In this document: one piece after another, positions 1 to 8,918 of the stretch
Layout: each line of letters starts with the position of its first letter
How positions within the stretch are numbered: the stretch's first letter is position 1
Origin: SAR86 cluster bacterium
GTDB lineage: Bacteria > Pseudomonadota > Gammaproteobacteria > Magnimaribacterales > TMED112
Length of the DNA stretch: 45,083 bases
Assembly (NCBI GenBank): GCA_004321845.1
Contig: SHBL01000002.1
Location: forward strand, 1-45,083
Reading direction: 5' to 3'
Notes under the pieces: generated by a model
Seen by the model: only the letters and a program-made list of their open reading frames with translations
The model's database searches: none
Told to the model about the DNA's origin: nothing
Made by a program: the position numbers and the translations under genes

Positions 1-1035
1 GATATCTTTCAATAAATTAGGTAGTGGATATGCGCCTTTATGTGAAATAGATTTTTCCTCTATATCGCTTGGTAACTCATTCTTTGCAAACTTTTTAAAA
101 AAATTTTCCTTGGCATTCGCAGCCTGGTCTTTTGATGTAAATCTTTCGGTAAGCTCTAAAGCGAGTACGATTTTTACATCCCTGGGATTACCGCCATCTT
201 CAAGTGATGCTTTAAGTTTTTTTATCTCAGTTGTAGATTTCAAGCTCAATAGATCAAACCATTTGAACATAATTTCATCTGGAATAGACATAGTTTTTCC
301 GAAGACATCGTCAGCTGTTTCTGTTATCCCAATATAATTGTCTTCACTTTTAGACATTTTTTTAATGCCATCAAGCCCTTCAAGCAATGGCAAAGTAATA
401 ATTGTTTGCGGGGACATGCCTGCATTTTTTTGCAGATCTCTGCCAACTAGTAAATTAAATTTTTGATCTGTTCCACCTAATTCAACATCTGCCTTCAACT
501 CAACTGAATCAAGACCTTGCATCAATGGATATAAAAATTCATGTATGGATATTGGCTGATTGTTTTTATATCTTTTTGAAAAGTCGTCCCTTTCTATCAT
601 TCTTGCGACAGTAGATTGTGCAGCAAGTTTTATCATATCTGCACCAGATAACTTATCTCCCCATCGAGAATTGAAATCAACTTTGGTCTTTTTATTGTCT
701 AAAACTTTGAAAACTTGTTCTTCATAAGTTTTTGCATTTTGTTTTATATCCTCATCAGTTAATGGTGGTCTTGTTTTGTTTTTACCGCTTGGATCTCCAA
801 TCTTGCCTGTGAAATCACCAATGAGAAATATCACAGTATGCCCTAAATCCTGAAACTGTCTCATTTTCCTTAAAATTACGGTGTGACCAAGGTGCAGATC
901 AGGTGCTGTAGGGTCAAAACCAACTTTAACTACAAGTTTTTTTCCCGCCTCTAATTTTTTAAATAAATCATCTTCACCGATGATCTCATCGATTCCTTGT
1001 TTTATAATCTCAATCTGTTTTTTAGGATCATTCAT
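1..1035 (-). CDS. tyrS: Tyrosyl-tRNA synthetase (type 2, TyrZ-like), C-terminus cut by window edge
   Basis: Absent from the ORF track because it is open at the window edge. My minus-strand translation from the ATG at 1035 gives [85 protein letters not shown]. It has the class I HLGH motif and an in-frame KKMSKS at about 346-363, followed by NYIGITE...[10 protein letters not shown]. Confidence 0.9.
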   Translation of the reverse strand, partial: MNDPKKQIEIIKQGIDEIIGEDDLFKKLEAGKKLVVKVGFDPTAPDLHLGHTVILRKMRQFQDLGHTVIFLIGDFTGKIGDPSGKNKTRPPLTDEDIKQNAKTYEEQVFKVLDNKKTKVDFNSRWGDKLSGADMIKLAAQSTVARMIERDDFSKRYKNNQPISIHEFLYPLMQGLDSVELKADVELGGTDQKFNLLVGRDLQKNAGMSPQTIITLPLLEGLDGIKKMSKSEDNYIGITETADDVFGKTMSIPDEIMFKWFDLLSLKSTTEIKKLKASLEDGGNPRDVKIVLALELTERFTSKDQAANAKENFFKKFAKNELPSDIEEKSISHKGAYPLPNLLKDI

Positions 1036-1060
1036 AAAGCTTTATATATAATATCAGAAC

Positions 1061-2299
1061 ATGTACACAGGCTCTCATTTAAAATTAATTCTAGCTATCT
1101 TATTAATACCCTCGGTATTTATATTTTTAATTGCTGCTGATTCAGAAAATAGAAATTTTAATAGCGATTCAGAATCTACTGTTGAGAAAATATCTCTAGC
1201 TCCGGTAGATAAAGATATAAGCTTGCCAACTGAAGATAAAATTCTGATTAAGTCTGGTGATACTTTTTATTCAACTCTTACAAAATTTGATGTTAGCCCA
1301 GCAACAATTAATAAGATTGGCCAGGATAGAAAGCTTAGGGATTTTATAAGCCTCCAAGTTAATGATCAAATTTACATTACTTCAAAAAATGACCTTGTCT
1401 TTGTAAAAAGGTTTGATGATGATTTTTACCTTGATGTTCTTACCATAAATGGCAGCAACTACACTTTTGAAAAGAATAGGGACAATCTTGAAAGGATTGC
1501 TCAATTTAGAGAATTTGTAATAAAAGATTCTTTATATGCATCGGGGAAAAAGGCTGGTGTACCAGAATCGGTGCTTGGAGATCTAATCTATATTTTTGGC
1601 TGGGATATTGATTATGCGTACGATATTAGAAATGGAGATAAAGTAAAAATCCTTTATGAAGATATTTTCTCAAATGGAAGATTGGTCTCAAATGGCGATA
1701 TTCTTGCAGCAGAATTTACGAATAAAGGTACAAAAATTAATGTGATACGTTTTACGCAAAAAGGAAGAAAAGATTATTACACCACAGACAGCAACAATGT
1801 TAGAAAAGCTTTTTTAAGAACTCCAATTGAGCTTGCAAGAATTAGTTCTCATTACAACCCAAATAGAAAACATCCCGTCCTAAATACAATAAGAGCACAC
1901 AAAGGAACAGACTACGCAGCAAAAACCGGTACTCCAGTTAAAGCTACTGGAGATGGGGTGATAAAAAATGCTCAATACTCAAACTCTTATGGGAATTACA
2001 TAGATGTTATGCATTACAACAAATACATGACTAGATATGCACACTTACAAGGTTTTGCAAAAGGTATTAGAAAAGGGGCAAAGGTTACACAAGGTGAAAC
2101 AATTGGCTATGTAGGGTCTACAGGCTTAGCAACGGGCCCCCATTTGCATTACGAATTTCATATTAATGGAAAGCACACAGATCCTGTAAAAGTTGAGCCT
2201 CCGAACGCTCAATCTATTAACTCTTACAATAAAAAATACTTCGATAAATTAGTTGATGAGAGAACAGAGATAATTTCTAACATCTCAAGCATTCAATGA
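1061..2299 (+). CDS. Membrane-anchored M23 family zinc metallopeptidase (murein endopeptidase, MepM/YebA-like)
   Basis: Hydrophobic N-terminal anchor. M23 motifs are HKGTDYAAKTGTPV (HxxxD) and GSTGLATGPHLHYEF (HxH). Lies between tyrS and anmK as in Pseudomonas. Confidence 0.85.
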   Translation: MYTGSHLKLILAILLIPSVFIFLIAADSENRNFNSDSESTVEKISLAPVDKDISLPTEDKILIKSGDTFYSTLTKFDVSPATINKIGQDRKLRDFISLQVNDQIYITSKNDLVFVKRFDDDFYLDVLTINGSNYTFEKNRDNLERIAQFREFVIKDSLYASGKKAGVPESVLGDLIYIFGWDIDYAYDIRNGDKVKILYEDIFSNGRLVSNGDILAAEFTNKGTKINVIRFTQKGRKDYYTTDSNNVRKAFLRTPIELARISSHYNPNRKHPVLNTIRAHKGTDYAAKTGTPVKATGDGVIKNAQYSNSYGNYIDVMHYNKYMTRYAHLQGFAKGIRKGAKVTQGETIGYVGSTGLATGPHLHYEFHINGKHTDPVKVEPPNAQSINSYNKKYFDKLVDERTEIISNISSIQ

Positions 2300-3267
2300 G
2301 TAATCTTTACATTGGTCTAATGTCAGGAACTAGCAGGGATAGTTTAGATGCATGTCTAGTAAGTTTTGATGATGGGTTAGAAATTCAAAAGCTTGAAACA
2401 TTATCCTTCTCTAAGGATTACCAATCATCAAATGATCAAAACTTCATTGCAAAAGAAATTACTAGAAAAAGCATAACTCTAGTCGAGCGGTTAATTTCTA
2501 ATAGCAATAAAGAAAATATTATTGGCATTGCTTTTCCTGGCCAAACAATTTCGCATTCAGATGAATTCAGCCTGCAAGCTGGCTCACCAGAAGCTATTGC
2601 TAAACAATTTGGAATTCCTGTTTATGCAGATTTTAGAAATTTCGATATAGCACGTGGAGGAAAGGGAGCTCCTTTAATTCCATTATTTCACCAATTTTTA
2701 CTTTGTGATGAGTCAAAAAATAAATTAATTTTCAATATTGGAGGTATAGCCAATGGAACTTATTTAAAAAGGATGGAAATGGAGCTTGCTTCTGACGTTG
2801 GTCCGGGGAACTGCCTTATGGATGAAGCAATGAGAAATTTTGGATTAGGATTGTTCGATAAAGATGGTGCATTGGCTAGATCAGGAGAGATTAATGATGC
2901 AATGCTTAAATTATTAATAAAAGATTTAGAGAACCTAACATATCCAAGAGCAGATGATATAAGCATTTATATGGATGTCTTTAAAAAATACGAAAATGAA
3001 ATTCTTAAGCTTGATCCTGCAGATGCTCTCTGTACATTAACAGAATTAACTGCAATTAAAATAATAGAATTTATAAAAGCTTGTGATCCAACCGACGAAT
3101 TAATCTTCCATGGCGGCGGTACAGAAAATAAATATCTCATGAATAGAATTGCTGAATCGGTATCAATACAAGTTAAGTTAATTGATGATATTGCACCCTC
3201 AAAATATATCGAAGCTATAGCTTTTGCATATTTAGCTTATAAAGAAAGGGCTGTTTTATTTAGATAG
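2296..3267 (+). CDS. anmK: Anhydro-N-acetylmuramic acid kinase
   Basis: N-terminus IGLMSGTSRDSLDA matches the AnmK GxMSGTSxDGxD signature. ATGA overlap with the upstream peptidase gene. At 323 aa it is shorter than the enterobacterial protein. Confidence 0.8.
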   Translation: MSNLYIGLMSGTSRDSLDACLVSFDDGLEIQKLETLSFSKDYQSSNDQNFIAKEITRKSITLVERLISNSNKENIIGIAFPGQTISHSDEFSLQAGSPEAIAKQFGIPVYADFRNFDIARGGKGAPLIPLFHQFLLCDESKNKLIFNIGGIANGTYLKRMEMELASDVGPGNCLMDEAMRNFGLGLFDKDGALARSGEINDAMLKLLIKDLENLTYPRADDISIYMDVFKKYENEILKLDPADALCTLTELTAIKIIEFIKACDPTDELIFHGGGTENKYLMNRIAESVSIQVKLIDDIAPSKYIEAIAFAYLAYKERAVLFR

Positions 3268-3607
3268 AAAAAGAAGCCCCGCAGCCACATGTTGAGGAGG
3301 CATTAGGATTTTCAACTATAAACTTCGAACCCATAAGATTTTCAACGTAATCAATCTTAGATCCTAAAATATATGGATAAGACATATGATCTAAAACAAC
3401 TGAAACACCATTGCCAAAATCTAATTTTGCATCTTCTTCATGATCAAAATCATCAAATTTAAAACCATATTGAAAACCAGAACAACCTCCTCCAGTCACA
3501 TATACTCTAAAAAATTTATTTGCTTTAGATTCTTTTAGCAGAGAAATTTTTGTAATAGCACTGTCAGATAAATCAAAAGGTGATGCTTTTTTTGTTTTTA
3601 TATCCAT
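3260..3607 (-). CDS. erpA: Iron-sulfur cluster insertion protein ErpA (A-type carrier)
   Basis: HesB/IscA family, 115 aa, with VTGGGCSGFQY and C-terminal CGCGASFSI cysteine ligands. Adjacent to anmK as in Pseudomonas. Confidence 0.9.
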   Translation of the reverse strand: MDIKTKKASPFDLSDSAITKISLLKESKANKFFRVYVTGGGCSGFQYGFKFDDFDHEEDAKLDFGNGVSVVLDHMSYPYILGSKIDYVENLMGSKFIVENPNASSTCGCGASFSI

Positions 3608-3660
3608 ATTTATGCTGTAATTCTATCAAAATTTATTAATGACTTATAATTCTGTTGATT

Positions 3661-4197
3661 ATGAAAAAAACATTAATCGTTTATTCGAGTACAGATGGGC
3701 ATACTTTACGCATCTGTGAGCATATTAAGAATATTATTGAAAAGCAGACTAGTGTTTTCATTATAAGTGTGGAAGAAACCTCAAATTTTGATCTAGATAA
3801 GTTTGATTGTGTGGTTTTAGGTGCAAGCATTAGATACGGTAATCACAAACCAAGTTTATACAGCTTTGTGGAGAAAAATGAGGGCTTACTTGCTACAAAA
3901 AGAACAGCTTTCTTTAATGTAAATGCTGTTGCACGCAAAGAAGATAAAAACTCAATTGAAACTAACCCTTATTTAAACAAATTTTTAAAGCGAGTTACTT
4001 GGCAACCAGACATACTCGCTGTGTTTGCAGGGAAGATATCCTACCCTGAATATAACTTCTTTGATAAACATATGATTAGATTTATTATGTGGATGTCAAA
4101 AGGACCAACAGACCAAACAAAAGTTTTTGAGTTTACTGATTGGGATAAAGTTGAGGCATTTGGCAAGAAAATTTTAAAAGAACTTTTACCGCATTAA
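3661..4197 (+). CDS. hemG: Flavodoxin-like protoporphyrinogen IX dehydrogenase (HemG type)
   Basis: About 178 aa long-chain flavodoxin-like protein with N-terminal TLIVYSSTDGHT. Next to hemL. I prefer the ATG at 3661 over the TTG at 3655 used by the ORF track. Confidence 0.7.
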   Translation: MKKTLIVYSSTDGHTLRICEHIKNIIEKQTSVFIISVEETSNFDLDKFDCVVLGASIRYGNHKPSLYSFVEKNEGLLATKRTAFFNVNAVARKEDKNSIETNPYLNKFLKRVTWQPDILAVFAGKISYPEYNFFDKHMIRFIMWMSKGPTDQTKVFEFTDWDKVEAFGKKILKELLPH

Positions 4198-4310
4198 ATA
4201 TCAATATTCTGCATGTTGCTATTAGCTTAATTAGACATATAAAACTATCATTACAGTTACAGAGAATTATTTACGATCCTTTGATATAAAAGATAATCAA
4301 AAATATCCAA

Positions 4311-5606
4311 ATGAAAACCAAAAACTCGCAAGAATTATTTGAGAAATCAAAAAAACATATCGCAGGTGGAGTTAATTCTCCAGTTAGAGCATTTAAAAGT
4401 GTTGGAGGTTCTCCAATATTTTTTAAAAAATCTAGAGGATGTTATTTATACGATGAAGATGGAAATAAGTACTTAGATTTTGTTGGCTCATGGGGACCTA
4501 TGGTACTAGGCCACTCAAATAAGAATATTATTAACGCAATAAAAAATCAGGCCAGTAAAGGGATAAGCTTTGGAGCTCCCACAAAAAATGAATTAGAAAT
4601 AGCAAAGATTATTAAATCTTATTTACCAAGTATAGAAAAACTTAGGATGGTTAATTCTGGTACTGAAGCCACCATGAGCTGCATTAGATTAGCTCGAGGA
4701 ACAACAAATAGAAAAAAGATTATTAAATTTATTGGTTGTTATCACGGCCATGTAGATTCACTCTTAGTAAAAGCAGGTTCTGGTTTAGCTACTTTAGGTG
4801 TTCCTGACTCTCCTGGCATACCTGAAGAATTATCAGAGCTAACAATAACACTTCCATACAATGACATTGATAGCTTAAAGGACGCTTTTTCAAAGTTTAG
4901 CAATGATATTGCAGCTGTAATCATAGAACCAATAGCAGGAAATATGGGATTTATTGAACCTGAAAAAAAATTCTTAGAACATCTAAGAGATATCTGTTCT
5001 AAAAATGAAACAATACTCATCTTTGATGAAGTTATGACTGGTTTTAGGGTTGCTAGAGGTGGCGTGCAAGAACTTTTTGATATAACTCCAGACTTAACAG
5101 CCTTAGGAAAAATAGTCGGTGGTGGTTTACCAGTAGGTGTCTACGGAGGAAAAGCAGAGATCATGAATAATATATCTCCTGATGGGCCAGTTTATCAGGC
5201 AGGTACCTTATCAGGCAATCCAATTGCTGTAAGTGCAGGAACTGCATTACTTAAACAACTATCTAATAAAAATATTTATGCAAATATGGAAAATAATGCA
5301 AAAATATTTCTTGAAACAGTAAACCAAGCTGCAAAAAGATTGGATATTCCTTTTTCTTACAATGCTAGAGGGGGTATGTTTGGATTTTTCTTTTCTGATG
5401 AATTACCAAGAAATTTTGATGATGTACAAAATTCAAACATAGAATTTTTCTCAAAGTTTTTTAGAAAAATGTTAGATAAAAATATATATCTTCCACCTTC
5501 AGCCTACGAAAGTTGTTTTATCTCAACAGAACATGACGAAGAAAAAATGCTAAAAGCTGCTAGAATTGCAGAACTATCATTAGAAGAAATAAAAAATGAA
5601 ATTTGA
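4311..5606 (+). CDS. hemL: Glutamate-1-semialdehyde 2,1-aminomutase
   Basis: 431 aa class III aminotransferase with GGVNSPVRAF, IFDEVMTGFRVA and the PLP-lysine region ALGKIVGGGLPVG. Confidence 0.95.
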   Translation: MKTKNSQELFEKSKKHIAGGVNSPVRAFKSVGGSPIFFKKSRGCYLYDEDGNKYLDFVGSWGPMVLGHSNKNIINAIKNQASKGISFGAPTKNELEIAKIIKSYLPSIEKLRMVNSGTEATMSCIRLARGTTNRKKIIKFIGCYHGHVDSLLVKAGSGLATLGVPDSPGIPEELSELTITLPYNDIDSLKDAFSKFSNDIAAVIIEPIAGNMGFIEPEKKFLEHLRDICSKNETILIFDEVMTGFRVARGGVQELFDITPDLTALGKIVGGGLPVGVYGGKAEIMNNISPDGPVYQAGTLSGNPIAVSAGTALLKQLSNKNIYANMENNAKIFLETVNQAAKRLDIPFSYNARGGMFGFFFSDELPRNFDDVQNSNIEFFSKFFRKMLDKNIYLPPSAYESCFISTEHDEEKMLKAARIAELSLEEIKNEI

Positions 5607-6579
5607 TGTATTAGGTGTTGGTAATGCACTTGTTGATGAAACCTTTTATGTTGATAAAAGCTTCGTCGATAATACTGACTTATTTTTTAACCAATTCAAG
5701 CCCATTTCTTATCAAGAACAAGAAGGAATTTTATCTAATTTACCAAAAGATGTGCGGCCAGATGTGGTCTGTGGTGGCTCCACAACAAATAGTCTAGCTG
5801 CAACCTCAAATTTTGGTACTAAATGTGCACATATTTGTCAGCTTGCTAATGATGAAAGAGGAAAGTTATATGAAGAGAACTTATCTCAGAATGGCATCTC
5901 ATCGATTAATGATTTTTATCATGATCAAGTAAGAACTGGGAGATGTTTAGTTTTCATTACACCAAATAGTGAGAGAACGATGGGTACTTATCTGGGGGCA
6001 TCTGAAAAGCTAGCCTTTAATCCAGAGTTTATTAATGTTGCAAACGACTCAAAAATTTTATTTTCTGAAGGATACCAGTTTACTTCTGAAGAAAACTATT
6101 CAGCTTTTTTAAAAATCCTAAAAGGAACTAATCTAACAACTAAAGTAGCACTTAGCCTTTCAGATCCGGGAGTTGTGAGTGGTTTCAAAGAAAGATTTAT
6201 GGAAGTTCTTAGTGTCAGAAAAATTGATTATCTTTTTTGCAATAAAGAGGAGGCAACTGCATTAGTTGGGAGCAATTTTGTAGAGTCTCTTAAAGAAATA
6301 GCAAATAATTACGTTGTTACTAACGGTGCTGAATCATCTTATGTAATGCAAGGTAATGAGTATGCAGAGATTGAAGCCAGAAAAGTTAAAGCTATAGACT
6401 CCAATGGAGCGGGTGATATCTTTGCAGGTGCTGTGCTACATAAAGTTATAGAAAAGCATAGCTTTATTGAAGCATGTAAATTTGGGAATTATGCCTCCTC
6501 AATAATTGTTCAAGAGAAAAGCCCAAGACTTTCAGTTGAGTTATATAAGAGACTCAAGTCTGATTATTCCAGAAGCTAA
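5596..6579 (+). CDS. PfkB-family carbohydrate/nucleoside kinase (adenosine kinase-like)
   Basis: GGSTTNS near the N-terminus and PfkB signature DSNGAGDIFAGAVL near the C-terminus. 11-nt overlap with hemL. Confidence 0.75.
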   Translation: MKFDVLGVGNALVDETFYVDKSFVDNTDLFFNQFKPISYQEQEGILSNLPKDVRPDVVCGGSTTNSLAATSNFGTKCAHICQLANDERGKLYEENLSQNGISSINDFYHDQVRTGRCLVFITPNSERTMGTYLGASEKLAFNPEFINVANDSKILFSEGYQFTSEENYSAFLKILKGTNLTTKVALSLSDPGVVSGFKERFMEVLSVRKIDYLFCNKEEATALVGSNFVESLKEIANNYVVTNGAESSYVMQGNEYAEIEARKVKAIDSNGAGDIFAGAVLHKVIEKHSFIEACKFGNYASSIIVQEKSPRLSVELYKRLKSDYSRS

Positions 6580-6581
6580 AA

Positions 6582-7814
6582 GTGACGCCTGATATTTACA
6601 ACGATAAAAGGTTTGGAATAAATCATAAAAATATCTCTCCCAATGCTTTAAATATTATTGCAAAACTTCATAAGTCAGGTTTTAAAGCATATATAGTTGG
6701 TGGAGGTATAAGAGATATGATCAAAGGACTACTTCCCAAAGACTTTGATATTGTTACTGATTGTGAGCCAGAAGAGATAAGAAGAATTTTTCGTAACTCA
6801 AGGATAATTGGACGAAGATTCAAACTTGTTCATATAGCTTTTCCAGATGAAGTTCTTGAAACAACAACTTTTCGATCTGGTGGTACAAAATCATCTGAAT
6901 CAATAGAAGTAAATGATAAGGGCCGTATCGTACGAGATAATCAATGGGGCACACAAGAAGAAGATGTATTACGAAGAGACCTAACAATAAATTCTATTTA
7001 CTATGATCCGTTCTCTCATGAAGTTATTGATTACACTAATGGCATAAAGGATCTCAAAGATAAGAAAATTAAATTTATTGGCAATTCAAGTGAAAGAATT
7101 CTCGAAGACCCAGTAAGAATTCTTAGGGCAATTAGGTTTGCAGCAAAATTAAATTTTACGATAGATAAAGAAATTGCAGTGGGCATAAAAGAACATCGTC
7201 ATCAATTGCTTGAAATGCCATCATCCAGATTATACGAAGAAATTTTAAAACTATTCGCGTCTGGTCATGCTGAAAACTCATATATACAACTTTCTCATCA
7301 TGGTGTGTTTGACATTTTATTCCCACACTACCCAGACAAAAATGGTTTATTTCATAAATTCTTTCTTAATGCATTTAGAGAAACTGATACAAGATTTAAA
7401 TCAGGCAAGAAGCTTAATATTGGTTTTATTTATGCCATTCTGCTATGGCCAAAAGTTTTTATTGAGTCTGAGATAAGTGAACAAATTAATTTCAAAAATT
7501 TTTATAGATCAATTGCTGCGGTAGTTAGAAAACAACAAATTATCACTTCAGTGCCCAAAAAGTTTTCAAGCTTTATAAAAGATGTTTGGATGAATCAAGT
7601 TAGATTTAAAAGAGTTGGTAAAAAGTCTTTAAATTTTACAAAAACTTTAAGATTTAGAGCTGCATATGATTTCTTATTACTAAGAGAAAAAATAGAACCA
7701 GACCTTAAGTTAACAATAGACTGGTGGACAGAATTCAAGACAGCAAACTATGATAAGAAGATAAGGCTTTTAAATACTTATAAGAAAAAGAATGCAAGAA
7801 GACATAATTCCTAA
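6582..7814 (+). CDS. pcnB: Poly(A) polymerase I
   Basis: Nucleotidyltransferase head GGGIRD...KDFDIVT, RRDLTINSIYYD, and a basic C-terminal tail. GTG start. Confidence 0.9.
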   Translation: MTPDIYNDKRFGINHKNISPNALNIIAKLHKSGFKAYIVGGGIRDMIKGLLPKDFDIVTDCEPEEIRRIFRNSRIIGRRFKLVHIAFPDEVLETTTFRSGGTKSSESIEVNDKGRIVRDNQWGTQEEDVLRRDLTINSIYYDPFSHEVIDYTNGIKDLKDKKIKFIGNSSERILEDPVRILRAIRFAAKLNFTIDKEIAVGIKEHRHQLLEMPSSRLYEEILKLFASGHAENSYIQLSHHGVFDILFPHYPDKNGLFHKFFLNAFRETDTRFKSGKKLNIGFIYAILLWPKVFIESEISEQINFKNFYRSIAAVVRKQQIITSVPKKFSSFIKDVWMNQVRFKRVGKKSLNFTKTLRFRAAYDFLLLREKIEPDLKLTIDWWTEFKTANYDKKIRLLNTYKKKNARRHNS

Positions 7815-8445
7815 TTACATAGCTATTGAAGGACCAATTGGGGTAGGCAAGACCTCTTTATCAAGAAAGATTGCAATGGATTTTGGTCATGAGTTGTGTC
7901 TTGAAGAATCAGATGATAATCCGTTCTTAAAATCTTTTTATAAAGATAAGCAAAATTATGCATTTGCATCGCAATTACATTTTGTCATGCAAAGAGCACA
8001 TCAAATCAATATATATTTTTCAGACAACCTAATTCAACGAAAAATTGTTGCGGATTTTATGTTCCAAAAAGAAGATCTATTTGCTGAATTAAATCTAACC
8101 CAAGATGAATTAAAAATTTTTAAAGAAGTAAAATCAAAATTTTACCAAACTCATCCAAAACCAGATCTATTAATATATTTACAGGCATCTCCTGAAAGAG
8201 TTTTAGAAAGAGTTAATAAAAGAGCGAGATCATATGAGGATCATGTAGCTTTAGAGTATTTAGAGAGACTATGTGAGGCATACACAGAGTTTTTCTTTGA
8301 TTATTCTGAAACCCCTCTTTTAGTCTTAGATGTGAATGATGTAGATTTTGTTTCAAGTGATACAGATTACAAAAAAGTTGTCGATTGCTTAAAGCGAGAA
8401 ATCACAGGCAGAGAATTTGTAAACCTAACTCCAAGCTTTTTTTAA
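7792..8445 (+). CDS. Deoxynucleoside kinase family protein (dGK/dAK-like)
   Basis: P-loop IAIEGPIGVGKTS at the N-terminus and an arginine-rich LID-like segment RVNKRARSYED. About 217 aa, typical for the family. 23-nt overlap with pcnB. Confidence 0.75.
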   Translation: MQEDIIPNYIAIEGPIGVGKTSLSRKIAMDFGHELCLEESDDNPFLKSFYKDKQNYAFASQLHFVMQRAHQINIYFSDNLIQRKIVADFMFQKEDLFAELNLTQDELKIFKEVKSKFYQTHPKPDLLIYLQASPERVLERVNKRARSYEDHVALEYLERLCEAYTEFFFDYSETPLLVLDVNDVDFVSSDTDYKKVVDCLKREITGREFVNLTPSFF

Positions 8446-8918
8446 TGAGAATCAATATTACCGAGTTATCTAAAACTGAAATGTTGGGTAGAGTAATTGC
8501 AGATTATCTTACTAAATTTCAAGGTTTAGCAATCTTTTACCTTGATGGTGATCTAGGAACAGGAAAAACCACCTTAGTTAGAGAGATACTTAAATCTCTC
8601 GGTTGGAGTGGAGCTGTAAAGAGTCCAACCTTCAGTATAATTGAGGAATATAAGCTTAATGATATTGATATATTTCATTCAGATTTATACAGACTTAATG
8701 GTGAAAATGATTTTGAAATGTTGGGTCTTGAAATAAATGAACAAACTAAAGGTATTCTCTTTATTGAATGGCCAGAGAAAATTTCTAAATTTAATTTTGG
8801 GAATGAATTTTTTTTAAAACTCAGCATCGTAAATAAACAGAGATTTATTGAATTTAAATCAACTAGTCAAGAATTTCTAAATTGCATTAATCGGATCAAT
8901 ATCAAGGACCCAATTTGA
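8445..8918 (+). CDS. tsaE: tRNA t6A37 biosynthesis ATPase TsaE (YjeE)
   Basis: GDLGTGKTTLVR Walker A, SPTFSII and HSDLYRL motifs. I prefer the ATG at 8445 (TAATG junction with the upstream stop) over the 8385 ORF-track start. Confidence 0.85.
   Translation: MRINITELSKTEMLGRVIADYLTKFQGLAIFYLDGDLGTGKTTLVREILKSLGWSGAVKSPTFSIIEEYKLNDIDIFHSDLYRLNGENDFEMLGLEINEQTKGILFIEWPEKISKFNFGNEFFLKLSIVNKQRFIEFKSTSQEFLNCINRINIKDPI

Noticed and set aside
110-337. 75-aa plus-strand ORF near the window start
   Set aside because: It lies entirely antisense to the strongly supported tyrS reading frame (KMSKS region) and has a low-complexity Ser/Phe/Ile-rich product. This is a typical shadow ORF.
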